A stretch of 64,000 nucleotides of DNA from the NCBI GenBank assembly GCA_039196345.1, contig JBCCUU010000015.1, positions 482 through 64,481 of the forward strand, written 5' to 3'. Shown here in pieces: positions 28,773 to 38,997 of the stretch. Numbering within the stretch: position 1 is the stretch's first letter; each line of letters opens with the position of its first letter. The position numbers and the translations under genes are program-made. Below the pieces are notes generated by a model that worked only from the letters and a program-made list of their open reading frames with translations, was not told the origin of the DNA and did no database searches. Source of the DNA: Pseudomonadota bacterium (GTDB lineage Bacteria; Pseudomonadota; Alphaproteobacteria; Rhodobacterales; Rhodobacteraceae).

Positions 28773-29771
28773 TCAGCGCAAGGGGCGCAAGGTGCCGCGT
28801 TCGATGATCTCACAGGCAAAGAGCCGCGCCTCCGGGTGGCGGTCCGGGGCATCCAGCATCGCCATGACAATCTCGATCGAACTGTCGATAATTTCCCGAA
28901 CAGGCTGGCGAATGGTCGTCAGGTTGATGTTTTGCCAGCGCGACATATCCATGTCGTTCAGCCCGATGATCCCGACATCTTCGGGCACCCGCAAGCCGTT
29001 TTCCTGAAGGGCACTCAGCGCCCCGACGGCGACGACGTCATCACCGCAAAAGTACGCCTCGGCCGGACCGTTCCGGATCAGGTCCAGCATCTCGGAACGC
29101 CCGGCATCAAAGGAATAGGCGGTGGCGAAGCTCTCTGTCGCGGTTACGGTTTCATGTGCGCCCACGACTTCGAAAAACCCGGCCCGCCGGTCCATTGTGG
29201 AGGTCGCCTTGGCGGGCCCGCCCAGAAACGCCACCTTCCGGTATCCGCGCGCGATGAGCGTGCGCGCGGCCATGCGCCCGCATTCGATATTGTCGATGCC
29301 CACCACATGGACCCGGGGCGCCGTCGCGAATTTGCCAAAGGAATGAACGACCGGAATCCGCGCCTTGTGAAAGGCCAGCGAAAACTCCGGCGACAGTGTC
29401 GAGGACGCCACGATCACCCCATCCACCGAGTACTGCCGCAAGAGCCGCAGGGAATTGGCGGGGTCGGTTTCATCGGTCAGGTTGACCAGCAGCGGTCGCA
29501 ACCCGCGATCCTGCAAGCTGCGGGTAAAGAGATCGAAGACCTGAAGGAATAGCGGGTTGTGAAAGTTGTTGGAAATCAACCCGATCAGCTTGGTCCGGCC
29601 CGTGGTCAGCGATGAGGCAAGCGCGTTGGGACTGTAGCCAAGTTCTTCTGCGGCCTTCTCGACTTTCCTGCGGGTCTTGACGGAAACGGAAGCTCCTTCC
29701 GTGAAGGTGCGGGACACGGCGGAACGGGACACGCCCGCACGCTCAGCGACATCTTTCAGAGTGACCGTCAT
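28773..29771 (-). CDS. LacI family regulator (probable inositol repressor)
   Basis: TLKDVAERAGVSRSAVSR, LGYSPNALA, VPEDVGIIG. Confidence 0.92.
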   Translation of the reverse strand: MTVTLKDVAERAGVSRSAVSRTFTEGASVSVKTRRKVEKAAEELGYSPNALASSLTTGRTKLIGLISNNFHNPLFLQVFDLFTRSLQDRGLRPLLVNLTDETDPANSLRLLRQYSVDGVIVASSTLSPEFSLAFHKARIPVVHSFGKFATAPRVHVVGIDNIECGRMAARTLIARGYRKVAFLGGPAKATSTMDRRAGFFEVVGAHETVTATESFATAYSFDAGRSEMLDLIRNGPAEAYFCGDDVVAVGALSALQENGLRVPEDVGIIGLNDMDMSRWQNINLTTIRQPVREIIDSSIEIVMAMLDAPDRHPEARLFACEIIERGTLRPLR

Positions 29772-29826
29772 TTCATCCCGTAGCACATCGTTTCACGCCC
29801 AACATCTGAACACAGCACGAGATTCC

Positions 29827-29842
29827 TTGCAACCGGTTGCAA
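29827..29842. promoter_or_regulatory. Candidate LacI-family (IolR) operator, site 2
   Basis: Perfect palindrome TTGCAACCGGTTGCAA between the divergent lacI-type gene and the ABC SBP. Confidence 0.82.
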
Positions 29843-29928
29843 TAAAGATCGACCTGTGCTTTGGTCACCGGCGAAGGCGTAAAAACGACCTTTATAATGA
29901 CTTCAAAAGTCAATTTTTGGGAGGAACC

Positions 29929-30855
29929 ATGAAACACCTAATGAAATCCACACTTGCCGCGGCGGCGCTCGCGATTGCGACACCCGCCCTGGCAACGGAC
30001 ATCATCGTTGTTAGCCACGGTCAGGCATCCGACCCCTTCTGGTCTGTCGTCAAGAACGGCGTTGAGAAAGCGGCACAGGACACCGGCGCAAACGTGGAAT
30101 ACCGCGCGCCCGAGACCTTCGACATGGTGGCGATGAGCCAGCTGATCGACGCCGCCGTGAACCAGGAGCCCGACGGGCTTGTGGTTTCGATCCCTGATGC
30201 GGATGCGCTCGGACCCTCCATCGAAAAAGCGGTCGCGGCGGGTATTCCCGTCATCTCCATGAATTCCGGCTCGGACGTCTCAAAGGGCCTTGGCGCCTTG
30301 CTGCACGTGGGTCAGGAAGAGTTTGATGCCGGTCTTGCCGCGGGCGCGATGATGAAATCCATGGGCGGCTCCAAGGCGCTCTGCATCAACCACGAAGTGG
30401 GCAACGTCTCGCTCGATGCGCGCTGCGCGGGGTTTGAAGAAGGCTTCGGCGGCGAAGTGATCGTGCTGCCGACAACCAATGACCCGGCTGAAATCGAAGC
30501 CAAGGTGAAAGCCTCGCTCGACTCCGATGAAGCCATCGACACCGTGATGGCACTGGGGGCCTCCCTGGCGGGCGAACCGGCGGTCAAGGCTGTTGCTGCC
30601 GTTGGAGGTGAAGGGTCGATCAACGTCGGCTCCTTTGACCTCTCCGCAGGGTATCTTGAAGCGGTGAAAGACGGCAAAGCGGCCTTTGCCATCGACCAGC
30701 AGCAGTACCTGCAGGGCTACCTGCCGGTTGCCTTCCTGGCGCTACATGCCGAATACGGGCTGATCCCGGGGGGCAATGTGCCGTCCGGCCCGAACCTGAT
30801 TACTGCCGACAAGGCGGGTCAGGTGGTGGAGCTCTCCGCCAAGGGCATCCGCTAA
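29929..30855 (+). CDS. Sugar (inositol) ABC transporter substrate-binding protein
   Basis: Signal peptide, HGQASDPFWSVVKNG, HVGQEE, IDQQQYLQGY. Confidence 0.9.
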   Translation: MKHLMKSTLAAAALAIATPALATDIIVVSHGQASDPFWSVVKNGVEKAAQDTGANVEYRAPETFDMVAMSQLIDAAVNQEPDGLVVSIPDADALGPSIEKAVAAGIPVISMNSGSDVSKGLGALLHVGQEEFDAGLAAGAMMKSMGGSKALCINHEVGNVSLDARCAGFEEGFGGEVIVLPTTNDPAEIEAKVKASLDSDEAIDTVMALGASLAGEPAVKAVAAVGGEGSINVGSFDLSAGYLEAVKDGKAAFAIDQQQYLQGYLPVAFLALHAEYGLIPGGNVPSGPNLITADKAGQVVELSAKGIR

Positions 30856-30864
30856 CCGCAGATC

Positions 30865-30892
30865 AGGCGGGGCCGTCGCGCCCCGCCTTTTT
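30865..30892 (+). terminator. Intra-operon hairpin/terminator after the SBP gene
   Basis: AGGCGGGGC-N6-GCCCCGCCT followed by TTTT. Confidence 0.6.
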
Positions 30893-30915
30893 CATACATT
30901 CTTCGGGAGGGGAAA

Positions 30916-32016
30916 ATGCCCACGGATGCCGCTGTAGACGAGCGCATAAAGGAGGAATCCTTTTTCTCGCGCATGATGAAACGACCCGAGCTTGGCGCGA
31001 TTGCCGGGGTCATTCTCGTCACCGTGTTCTTTCTTGCCACGGCGGACAGTGCGATGTTCACTCTGGCCGGGTTCATGAATTTCATGTCTCCCGCGGCCCA
31101 GCTTGGCATTCTCGCGATCGGAGCGGCGTTGCTCATGGTGGGCGGAGAATTTGACCTCTCCGTCGGGTCGATGGTCGCGTTTACGGGCCTTTTCTTTGGG
31201 GCCTGTGTGGTGACCTTCGGGCTGCCTTTGGTCATTGCCATCCCCGCCACACTGATTTTTGCGGCCTGCGTCGGCGCGGGCAACGGACAAATTGTGCTGG
31301 CCACCGGTCTGCCCTCCTTTATCGTGACGCTGGCGTTCCTCTTTATCCTGCGTGGTCTGTCGCTTGTCGGGCTGAAATGGGCGACGGATGGGTCGACACA
31401 GCTGCGCGGTGTGCGGGACGCGGTCGAAGGCGACTGGCTTGCGCCGATCTTTTCGGGCGACGCGTTCCCGGGCCTGTTCACAAGGCTCGCGGAGATGGGC
31501 CTGATTGACACCTTCAGAAACGGGACCCCCAAGGTGCAGGGCGTTCCGGTCGAGATCATCTGGTTCATCATCATTGCGCTTCTGGCCACCTACGTGCTGC
31601 AAAAGACGCCCTTCGGGAACTGGATCTTTGCCAGCGGGGGAGATGCGAATGCGGCCTCCAACTCCGGTGTGCCGGTGAAGCGCGTCAAGCTGATCCTCTT
31701 CATGGTCACGGCCTGCTGTGCAGCACTTGTGGCGATCATCACGGTTCTGGACTCAGGCTCCACCGATGCGCGGCGCGGGTTCCAGAAGGAGTTCGAGGCG
31801 ATCATCGCGGCTGTGATCGGGGGCTGTCTGCTCACGGGGGGCTATGGTTCTGCCATTGGCGCCTTCTTTGGCGCGATCATCTTTGGCATGGTGCTCATCG
31901 GGCTGACCTATACGGACATCGACCAGGACTGGTACCTCGTGTTCCTCGGCGGCATGCTGCTGGTGGCGGTTCTCTTCAACAACATGATCCGCAAGCGCGT
32001 GACGGGGGAGCGTTGA
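30916..32016 (+). CDS. Sugar ABC transporter permease
   Basis: [45 protein letters not shown]. Confidence 0.92.
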   Translation: MPTDAAVDERIKEESFFSRMMKRPELGAIAGVILVTVFFLATADSAMFTLAGFMNFMSPAAQLGILAIGAALLMVGGEFDLSVGSMVAFTGLFFGACVVTFGLPLVIAIPATLIFAACVGAGNGQIVLATGLPSFIVTLAFLFILRGLSLVGLKWATDGSTQLRGVRDAVEGDWLAPIFSGDAFPGLFTRLAEMGLIDTFRNGTPKVQGVPVEIIWFIIIALLATYVLQKTPFGNWIFASGGDANAASNSGVPVKRVKLILFMVTACCAALVAIITVLDSGSTDARRGFQKEFEAIIAAVIGGCLLTGGYGSAIGAFFGAIIFGMVLIGLTYTDIDQDWYLVFLGGMLLVAVLFNNMIRKRVTGER

Positions 32017-32017
32017 G

Positions 32018-32812
32018 ATGAATACGCGCACAGAAAAAGCGCCCATCGTGCACATGGAAGACATCGAAAAGCACTTTGGCAACGTGATTGCGCTGGCCGG
32101 GGTCTCCTTCGACATCACGCCCGGTGAATGCCATTGCCTGCTGGGTGACAACGGCGCGGGCAAATCCACCTTCATCAAGACCATGTCCGGGGTGCACAAA
32201 CCCACCAAGGGCAAGATCATGTTCGAAGGCGCTGAGATGAGCTTCAACAGCCCGCGCGATTCCATGGAAGCGGGGATTGCCACGGTCTACCAGGACCTCG
32301 CGATGATCCCCCTGATGTCAGTCACCCGCAACTTCTTCATGGGGCGGGAGCCGACCAAGGGCGCCGGTCTTTTCAAACGGTTCGATGTGGAGCGGGCAAA
32401 CGAGATCACCATGGCCGAAATGAAGAAGATGGGCATCAACCTTCGGGCCCCCGATCAGGCGGTCGGCACGTTGTCCGGCGGGGAACGTCAGACCGTCGCC
32501 ATCGCCCGCGCGGTCTATTTCGGGGCCAAGGTGCTGATCCTGGACGAGCCGACCTCTGCTTTGGGCGTGCGGCAGACTTCCAACGTGCTGGCAACCATCG
32601 ACCGGGTGCGCAAGGACGGCATCGGGGTTGTCTTCATCACCCACAATGTGCGCCACGCCATGGCGGTGGGGGATCGCTTCACGGTGTTGAACCGGGGCAA
32701 GACCCTTGGCACCGCGCAGCGCGGGCAGATCACCCCCGATGAGTTGCAGGACCTCATGGCCGGCGGGCAGGAACTGGCCACGCTGGAAGGGTCACTGGGC
32801 GGCACCATATGA
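32018..32812 (+). CDS. Sugar ABC transporter ATP-binding protein
   Basis: [21 protein letters not shown]. Confidence 0.92.
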   Translation: MNTRTEKAPIVHMEDIEKHFGNVIALAGVSFDITPGECHCLLGDNGAGKSTFIKTMSGVHKPTKGKIMFEGAEMSFNSPRDSMEAGIATVYQDLAMIPLMSVTRNFFMGREPTKGAGLFKRFDVERANEITMAEMKKMGINLRAPDQAVGTLSGGERQTVAIARAVYFGAKVLILDEPTSALGVRQTSNVLATIDRVRKDGIGVVFITHNVRHAMAVGDRFTVLNRGKTLGTAQRGQITPDELQDLMAGGQELATLEGSLGGTI

Positions 32813-33618
32813 GCGGCTTGCTCTACAAACCCACCGGCACCTCCGGCAAGGTGCATGACATCTCGCCCGAGGATGCGGGCTGGGGCTATGTGGGCTTCGG
32901 GCTCTACCGGCTGGAGGCAGGTCAGAGCGCGGCAGAGCAGACCGGAGACCGCGAAGCCATATTGGTTCTGGTCGAAGGCAAGGCGCGGCTCTCTGCCGCC
33001 GGTGAGGATTTCGGCGAGATGGGCGAGCGGATGTCGGTGTTTGACCGTACCCCGCCGCATTGCCTCTACGTGCCGGGGGACGCGGAGTGGGCGGCGGAAG
33101 CAACCACCGATTGCGTTCTGGCGGTCTGCACGGCACCCTCTATCGCGCCCTATCCGGCGCAGCGGCTTGGCCCCGACGGGATCGTCTTGACGCCGCGCGG
33201 CAAGGGTCAGAACACACGCTACATCAACAACATCGCCATGGAGGACCGGGATGTGGCGTCAAGCCTGCTGGTCACGGAAGTGTTCACACCCTCCGGCAAC
33301 TGGTCGTCCTATCCCAGCCACCGGCATGACGAAGACGACTACCCGCGCATGACCTATCTGGAAGAGACCTACTACCATCGTCTCAACCCCGCGCAGGGAT
33401 TTGGCGTCCAGCGTGTCTATACCGATGACCGCAGCCTCGATGAAACCATGGCGGTCAGCGACGGGGATGTTGTCTGTGTCCCGCGCGGGCACCATCCCTG
33501 CGGCGCGCCTTACGGCTATGACATGTATTACCTGAACGTGATGGCAGGGCCCCTGCGCAAATGGCGTTTCGAAAACGATCCCGATCATGACTGGATTGCA
33601 CAGCGCGACGCGGATTGA
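32809..33618 (+). CDS. iolB: 5-deoxy-glucuronate isomerase, copy 2
   Basis: [52 protein letters not shown]. Confidence 0.92.
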   Translation: MSGLLYKPTGTSGKVHDISPEDAGWGYVGFGLYRLEAGQSAAEQTGDREAILVLVEGKARLSAAGEDFGEMGERMSVFDRTPPHCLYVPGDAEWAAEATTDCVLAVCTAPSIAPYPAQRLGPDGIVLTPRGKGQNTRYINNIAMEDRDVASSLLVTEVFTPSGNWSSYPSHRHDEDDYPRMTYLEETYYHRLNPAQGFGVQRVYTDDRSLDETMAVSDGDVVCVPRGHHPCGAPYGYDMYYLNVMAGPLRKWRFENDPDHDWIAQRDAD

Positions 33619-33659
33619 TCCGTAAGACCCTGAAGGCTGGAATTGAAAAACGGGCGAGT

Positions 33660-33771
33660 GATGGGGGCGTAAAGGACGTCCCTCGCAAGACGCGCAAGCT
33701 CCATCCGGCGGAAGAGAAGATCGGTCCGAACAAATCTGCTCGGGCCCGGTCCATCCCCATATCTTGCGAGG
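33660..33771. repeat. Structured intergenic element between convergent genes
   Basis: CCTCGCAAGA (33681-33690) / TCTTGCGAGG (33762-33771) perfect inverted repeat with an inner CCGA...TCGG hairpin. Confidence 0.4.
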
Positions 33772-33817
33772 CCAATCAAAACTCAGACCAAATGGGGGTC
33801 CCGAAAGCCTACTGGCC

Positions 33818-34630
33818 CTAGAACCCGGCGAGTTTCTTGTGCGTTGATGTGGTTGTACCGTTTGTATCCGTCATCGTAACATCCACCGACCGCGTCTGGC
33901 TTGGCACAGCCAGGCCGACCCGCGGGTTCTCCGAAAGGGAGATTGAGCCTGTCAATTCCACAAACCCGGCCCCGTCGAGAGTAACGTCCACGTTTTCGAC
34001 ATACCGCATCGGAATGAACAGCAGCGAAATCTGATCCATTTGCATCCCGGAATGGGAGGGGTGGGAAATGTCCAGATCCATGCGGTTGAGCCGTGATGCG
34101 AGGCTCTGCAATTTGCCGTCACCGATCCCGGGCAATTCTTCCGTGATCTGAATATCCATCTCTCCCAGCGTCGCCAGTGCCAGTTCGGGATCAGTGCCCG
34201 GAGGGGCCGCACAAGCGCCCTGTCCCGACGTCTTGACAAATTGTTCGGTCACGAAGACCCGCCCGTCGGTGGTCTCAGCGATCACATGCATCGGGGTCGG
34301 CCCGTTCACCCGCATCGTGACGTCGAAATAAAAGCCGGGCAGCGGTTCATCGAGCGCAAAGACCGCCGACACCGGCATCGGGTTTTCGTCAAGCACTAGG
34401 ATCACCCTGGTAACGCTGGTGTTATCGGGGGCGACAATCTGAGCGGCGAGTTTTGTGCGCGCGTCATCGTAGGTCCGGTAGGGCGCATCAATCGCGATGA
34501 AATTCTGGCCGTTCAGCAGGATACGTTCACCGTAAAGCTGTTCCTTTACCGACTCCCAGGCCTCACCGGAAGCAAAGGCCGGAAAGGCCAGAGCGCCGAG
34601 AAGCAGCGCGGAGAGTGTCAAATTTTTCAT
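33818..34630 (-). CDS. Quinoprotein dehydrogenase-associated fused SoxYZ-like carrier
   Basis: IDAPYR, LVLDENPMPVSA, RVNGPTPMHVIAE, FVKTSGQGACAAP, ISHPSHSGMQMDQ, SISLSENP. Confidence 0.85.
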   Translation of the reverse strand: MKNLTLSALLLGALAFPAFASGEAWESVKEQLYGERILLNGQNFIAIDAPYRTYDDARTKLAAQIVAPDNTSVTRVILVLDENPMPVSAVFALDEPLPGFYFDVTMRVNGPTPMHVIAETTDGRVFVTEQFVKTSGQGACAAPPGTDPELALATLGEMDIQITEELPGIGDGKLQSLASRLNRMDLDISHPSHSGMQMDQISLLFIPMRYVENVDVTLDGAGFVELTGSISLSENPRVGLAVPSQTRSVDVTMTDTNGTTTSTHKKLAGF

Positions 34631-35565
34631 TGCCAATTTCCCAGAATGAAGGAGCCAAAGGCGCGGGGGCCGTCACATGTTTCTATGGTTTCTATCACAG
34701 ACAGGGTCTCTGCGTCGACAACTGTCACCGTGTTGTCAAACCAGTTCGCCAGAACGACCCGTTTGCCGTCTTGCGTGGTGTCGATCCCTTCGGGGTATTC
34801 GCCGACGGTCAGGGTCTTGAGCATCTCTAGCGTTTCCGTGTCGATCACGCTGATGGTGCCTGCGTATTGGTTGGTTACAAACGCCCGCCCTTTTGCGAAA
34901 GAGACGCCGTAAGGTCTTTCACCGACGGGAACGGTCGCGATGTGCTCCCCGGTTTGCGGATCGGCAACGGTGACATCATGGCTGCCGACGTTCGCGACAT
35001 AAAGCCTGCCATCCGGCCCGAAGGAAAGACCAAAGGGCCTTGTGCCGACCGAGATCCTGTGCAGCAATTCCAGCGTCTCCGCGTCAAAGACGGAGGCCTG
35101 ATCGGCATCTTTCTCTGCCGAGGCGAGGAACCGTCCGTCCGGTGACAGCGCCACCCCGGCAGGGGCGGCACCGACCTTCAGGCTGCGCTCTATCGACAGG
35201 TCTGACGCGGCAAGAACCCATATTCGGGCCGCATACCAGTCGGAGACAAAGAGCCGGTCGCGGGGCGCATCCAGAACAACACCGATCGGGCCGCCGTCCA
35301 GCGTGGTTTCTGCCATGACCTCGCCGCTGCCGGGGTGCATGCGTCGGATCACCTTGCTTTCTGCAGAGACGCTGAAGACCGCCCCCGGGGATACTGCCAC
35401 GCCAGCAGGCTTGCCGGGGACCTGCCACCGCATGGTCTCCTGACCCCGGGTCAGATCAATTATACCGACTTCATCACCCGTCTGGCAGGTCACATAGGCG
35501 ACATCTGCCACAGCCGGTGGTACGACCATGGCAGCAATACCGAGCGCCTCAAGACCCCGGCGCAC
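34627..35565 (-). CDS. YVTN-family beta-propeller repeat protein
   Basis: Repeats such as YVANVGSHDVTV, VGERPYGV, FVTNQYAGTISVID. Start uncertain (GTG 35565). Confidence 0.85.
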   Translation of the reverse strand: MRRGLEALGIAAMVVPPAVADVAYVTCQTGDEVGIIDLTRGQETMRWQVPGKPAGVAVSPGAVFSVSAESKVIRRMHPGSGEVMAETTLDGGPIGVVLDAPRDRLFVSDWYAARIWVLAASDLSIERSLKVGAAPAGVALSPDGRFLASAEKDADQASVFDAETLELLHRISVGTRPFGLSFGPDGRLYVANVGSHDVTVADPQTGEHIATVPVGERPYGVSFAKGRAFVTNQYAGTISVIDTETLEMLKTLTVGEYPEGIDTTQDGKRVVLANWFDNTVTVVDAETLSVIETIETCDGPRAFGSFILGNWQ

Positions 35566-36094
35566 CAAATCGTTCGACCAAGGCATCGAGACCGGCCTGA
35601 TAGACGGCGGAGACCGCAGCGATGGCGGCTTCATCATTCAATTCGTCCGGCGGATCGTTGTTGGGATATCCGCGGTAGAAGGCCCCGCGCCATTCGATCT
35701 GCGATCCCCCGTCCTCACGCGGCTTGACGGTCAAGTGGGACGAGTAATTCGTGACCGGCAGCACCTCCACCAGCACCTCCGTGATCCGGTAGGAATAGCT
35801 CATCTTTTCGGCGCTGTACTTGTAGAGGATTTCCGAGATCGTCGGCCCGCCTTCCTCCGCCAGTGTCAGAACGCGGGTCGCGTCGATGTCATTGCCGTTT
35901 TCACCCGACGTGGAAAAAACCGCCGGATGCCATGACATATCCTGGAAATCGCCGATGGCGGCCCAGACGTCCTCAGGGCTGGCGGCGACCTCCGCAGTCA
36001 GGGTGATCTTCTGTCGTGTCGGTCCGTGGGCAAGCGCCAGTCCGGGCAGCAGCAGCGCGCTGGCGGCCAATCCCACAAGAGTTCTTCGTTTCAT
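35549..36094 (-). CDS. SRPBCC family protein (MxaD-like), exported
   Basis: RR-containing leader, HGPTRQK, WAAIGDF, WRGAFYRGYPNNDPP. Confidence 0.82.
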   Translation of the reverse strand: MKRRTLVGLAASALLLPGLALAHGPTRQKITLTAEVAASPEDVWAAIGDFQDMSWHPAVFSTSGENGNDIDATRVLTLAEEGGPTISEILYKYSAEKMSYSYRITEVLVEVLPVTNYSSHLTVKPREDGGSQIEWRGAFYRGYPNNDPPDELNDEAAIAAVSAVYQAGLDALVERFGAPGS

Positions 36095-36346
36095 GAAACC
36101 TCCTTTTTTGATCGACCCGTCGGACGCGATGTCACGAGACCTGAGTCCCTACACCGCCCAAGCACCAGTTTGCTCAGAAGTATGAGCAAAAACAGTCGCA
36201 TGCCGCCATTCTTAAAAAATAAGAGTCGTAGTTTATCGTGCCAATGTTAGGCTTTGGTTCGCAACCCGGCCAAAAGTATCGGTTCACATGGTTTCGCCGG
36301 GAAGAGATAAAAGCCGGAGCCGAAGAGCGCGCTTGGGGAGGAAAAC

Positions 36347-37534
36347 GTGCACCGACTTCTTGTTGCCTTTCTGGCATGTGTCGTATGCTTTGGTCTGGCC
36401 AACCCGGCACAGGCGATTGACGTCAAGGCGGGGGTGCTGCGGGTGGATTACCCGTCGCTTCTGCCGATCAGCCGGTATGATCTTCGCCCCGATGATCTGG
36501 GGTTTGCGGGGGCAGCGCTTGCCGATCAGGACAATGGCACCACCGGGGGCTTTCTTGGCCACACCTACGAGACCGTTACGGTGGCAGTTGCGCCAGAGGA
36601 AGCTGATGCCGCGCTCGATGCCCTGTTGCAGGATGGCATTGAGTTGATCGTCCTGGACGCGCGGGGGGAGGACGTGCTGCGCCTGACCGATAAGGCAGCG
36701 GAGGCGGGCGCGCTGGTATTTAACGCAGGCTCCGGCGATACCACGCTCAGGGACGACCAGTGTCGCGCGAACCTCCTGCATGTGGCACCCAGTCACGCCA
36801 TGCTCGCAGATGCGGTGGCGCAATTCGCGGTCTGGAAGCGGTGGACCGAGTGGTTTCTGATTTCCGGATCGAACCCCGAGGACGTTGCCATCGCCGAGGC
36901 CTTTCGCAAGTCGGCCCGGAAGTTTGGCGCAAAGATCACCGAAGACCGCCTGTTCGAGGACACCGGAGGGTCGCGCCGCACCGATTCCGGTCATGTCCTG
37001 GTGCAGCGGCAGCTACCGACTTTCACGCAGGATGCCGAGGACCACGATGTGGTGATTGCGGCAGATGGCACGGATTATTTCGCCCGCTACCTCAGCTATC
37101 ACCTGTGGACACCGCGACCGGTGATGGGGTCGGGCGGGCTGGTGCCGACGACATTCCATGCAGCGCATGAAGCCTATGGCGCGACACAGTTCCAGACCCG
37201 CTTTGAAGAGCTCACCGGGCGCTACGCCAAACCCGAAGACTACAACGTCTGGCTTGCCCTGCGGGTGGTGGGCGAGGCCGTGACCCGGGCCAATACCGCC
37301 GATCCGATGGGCGTGCGCGATTATGCTCTGTCGGATGTGTTCGAGCTTGCCGCGTTCAAGGGCACCCGCGTCACCTTCAGGAAATGGAACGGCCAGCTGC
37401 GGCAGCCGATCCTGCTTTATGATGGCCACATCACCGTGAGCGTCTCGCCCCAGGACGGGTTTTTGCACCAGACATCGCCGCTCGACACCATGGGGCTGGA
37501 CCAACCGGAATCAAATTGCACTGCATTCAACTGA
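36347..37534 (+). CDS. PQQ-dependent alcohol dehydrogenase system ABC substrate-binding-like protein
   Basis: QDNGTTGGFLG, CRANLLHVAPS, WKRW, GQLRQPILL, VSPQDGFLH, LDTMGLD. Confidence 0.85.
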   Translation: MHRLLVAFLACVVCFGLANPAQAIDVKAGVLRVDYPSLLPISRYDLRPDDLGFAGAALADQDNGTTGGFLGHTYETVTVAVAPEEADAALDALLQDGIELIVLDARGEDVLRLTDKAAEAGALVFNAGSGDTTLRDDQCRANLLHVAPSHAMLADAVAQFAVWKRWTEWFLISGSNPEDVAIAEAFRKSARKFGAKITEDRLFEDTGGSRRTDSGHVLVQRQLPTFTQDAEDHDVVIAADGTDYFARYLSYHLWTPRPVMGSGGLVPTTFHAAHEAYGATQFQTRFEELTGRYAKPEDYNVWLALRVVGEAVTRANTADPMGVRDYALSDVFELAAFKGTRVTFRKWNGQLRQPILLYDGHITVSVSPQDGFLHQTSPLDTMGLDQPESNCTAFN

Positions 37535-37546
37535 GGAGGCATTTGA

Positions 37547-38518
37547 ATGAAATTTCTGTTCGCGAGCACGGCGATCAGCCTTTTGCTGGCCGGTCCTGTA
37601 CTGGCCGGAAAAGCCTTTGTGTCCAACGAGCGTGGCAACACGATCACGGTCGTCAACACCGACACCTGGGAAGTGGAGACCGAATTCTTCGCAGGTCACC
37701 GTCCGCGGGGCATCACGGTCAGCCCGGACGGCAGCAAGATCTATGTCTGCGCGTCTGATGACAATTTGGTTCGGGTGTTTGATTCCACCACTTATGAGGA
37801 ACTGCCAAGCCTGCCCTCGGGTCCTGACCCGGAACTCTTTATTCTGGAGCCCTCCGGCAAGCGCCTCTACATCGCCAATGAGGACGACAACCTCGTCACG
37901 GTAACAGATACGGAGACCCGCACGATCTTGGCCGAAGTCCCGGTTGGGGTGGAACCCGAAGGCATGGGCATGAGCCCGGATGCCAAGTTCGTGGTCAACA
38001 CATCCGAGACCACGAACATGGCGCATTTCATCTCGACCGAAGACTATGAGATCAAACATAACGTGCTTGTGGATCAACGCCCGCGCTATGCGCATTACAC
38101 GGCGGACGGCAAACGCTTGTTCGTGACCTCCGAGATCGGTGGCACGGTCAGCGTGATGGATATCGCCGAAGACGGCGCACCCACGGTGGTCGGCAAGATT
38201 TCCTTTGAGGTGGCGGGGGTGCAGCCGGAATGGCTGCAACCGGTTGGCGCGCGGGTGACGTCAGATGGCAAACGGCTGTTCGTGGCCCTCGGCCCGGCCA
38301 ACCGCGTGGCGGTCGTGGATGCGCAAAGCCTTGAGGTGCTGGATTATATCCTCGTGGGGCAGAGGGTCTGGCAGCTCGATTTTACGCCTGATGAAAAATA
38401 CCTGCTCACCACCAATGGCAATTCCAACGACATCACCGTGATCGACGTGGCCAGTGAAAAGGCCATCAAATCAGTGCAGGTCGGGCAACAGCCCTGGGGC
38501 GTGGTGACAATTGACTGA
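37547..38518 (+). CDS. PQQ-dependent catabolism-associated beta-propeller protein
   Basis: FVSNERGNT, GHRPRG, LPSGPDPE, YIANEDD, VGVEPEGM, NTSETTNMAH. Confidence 0.88.
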   Translation: MKFLFASTAISLLLAGPVLAGKAFVSNERGNTITVVNTDTWEVETEFFAGHRPRGITVSPDGSKIYVCASDDNLVRVFDSTTYEELPSLPSGPDPELFILEPSGKRLYIANEDDNLVTVTDTETRTILAEVPVGVEPEGMGMSPDAKFVVNTSETTNMAHFISTEDYEIKHNVLVDQRPRYAHYTADGKRLFVTSEIGGTVSVMDIAEDGAPTVVGKISFEVAGVQPEWLQPVGARVTSDGKRLFVALGPANRVAVVDAQSLEVLDYILVGQRVWQLDFTPDEKYLLTTNGNSNDITVIDVASEKAIKSVQVGQQPWGVVTID

Positions 38519-38541
38519 CAGGAATTAAGGGGGAGACAACT

Positions 38542-38979
38542 ATGAAAAGACTATTGGCAGCCGTGGTGGCATTGACGCTTTCGACACCTGTGGTGGCAGC
38601 ACCCTTGTGCGACGATCTGGGCTTTGCCGGATTGCTGGCCAAGTGTAACCGGGGCGACACCATCAAGCTGACACTGGCCTCGGGCCAGCCTGTGGGCGAT
38701 GACGTGACCTTGCAATCAGGGGCCTACTACAAGCTCGAAATCACCGCTGACGGATCGGCTGAACTGGCGCTGGAAGGCTCAGGTTTCTTCCGGGCGATCT
38801 GGATGAACGAGATCGTCATCAACCAGATCGAGATCCGCCCGATGGCAATCGATTCCATCGAATTCGACAAGGCGGGCACAGCGGAGCTTTCGTTCATCGC
38901 GATCAAGCCGGGGCGTCATACGCTGCGCATTCCCGGCTCTACCGGTGACGCGCAATCCGTCACTTTCTCCATTCAATAA
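38542..38979 (+). CDS. Exported cupredoxin-like hypothetical protein
   Basis: Signal peptide; beta-rich, GAYYKLEI, FFRAIW, FIAIKPG. No canonical Cu ligand set seen. Confidence 0.6.
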   Translation: MKRLLAAVVALTLSTPVVAAPLCDDLGFAGLLAKCNRGDTIKLTLASGQPVGDDVTLQSGAYYKLEITADGSAELALEGSGFFRAIWMNEIVINQIEIRPMAIDSIEFDKAGTAELSFIAIKPGRHTLRIPGSTGDAQSVTFSIQ

Positions 38980-38997
38980 TCAAGGAAAGACACACCC

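Noticed and set aside
36228-36244. TTGGCACG on the minus strand upstream of the SRPBCC gene, like a sigma-54 -24 element
   Set aside because: No TTGC/-12 element at the required spacing.
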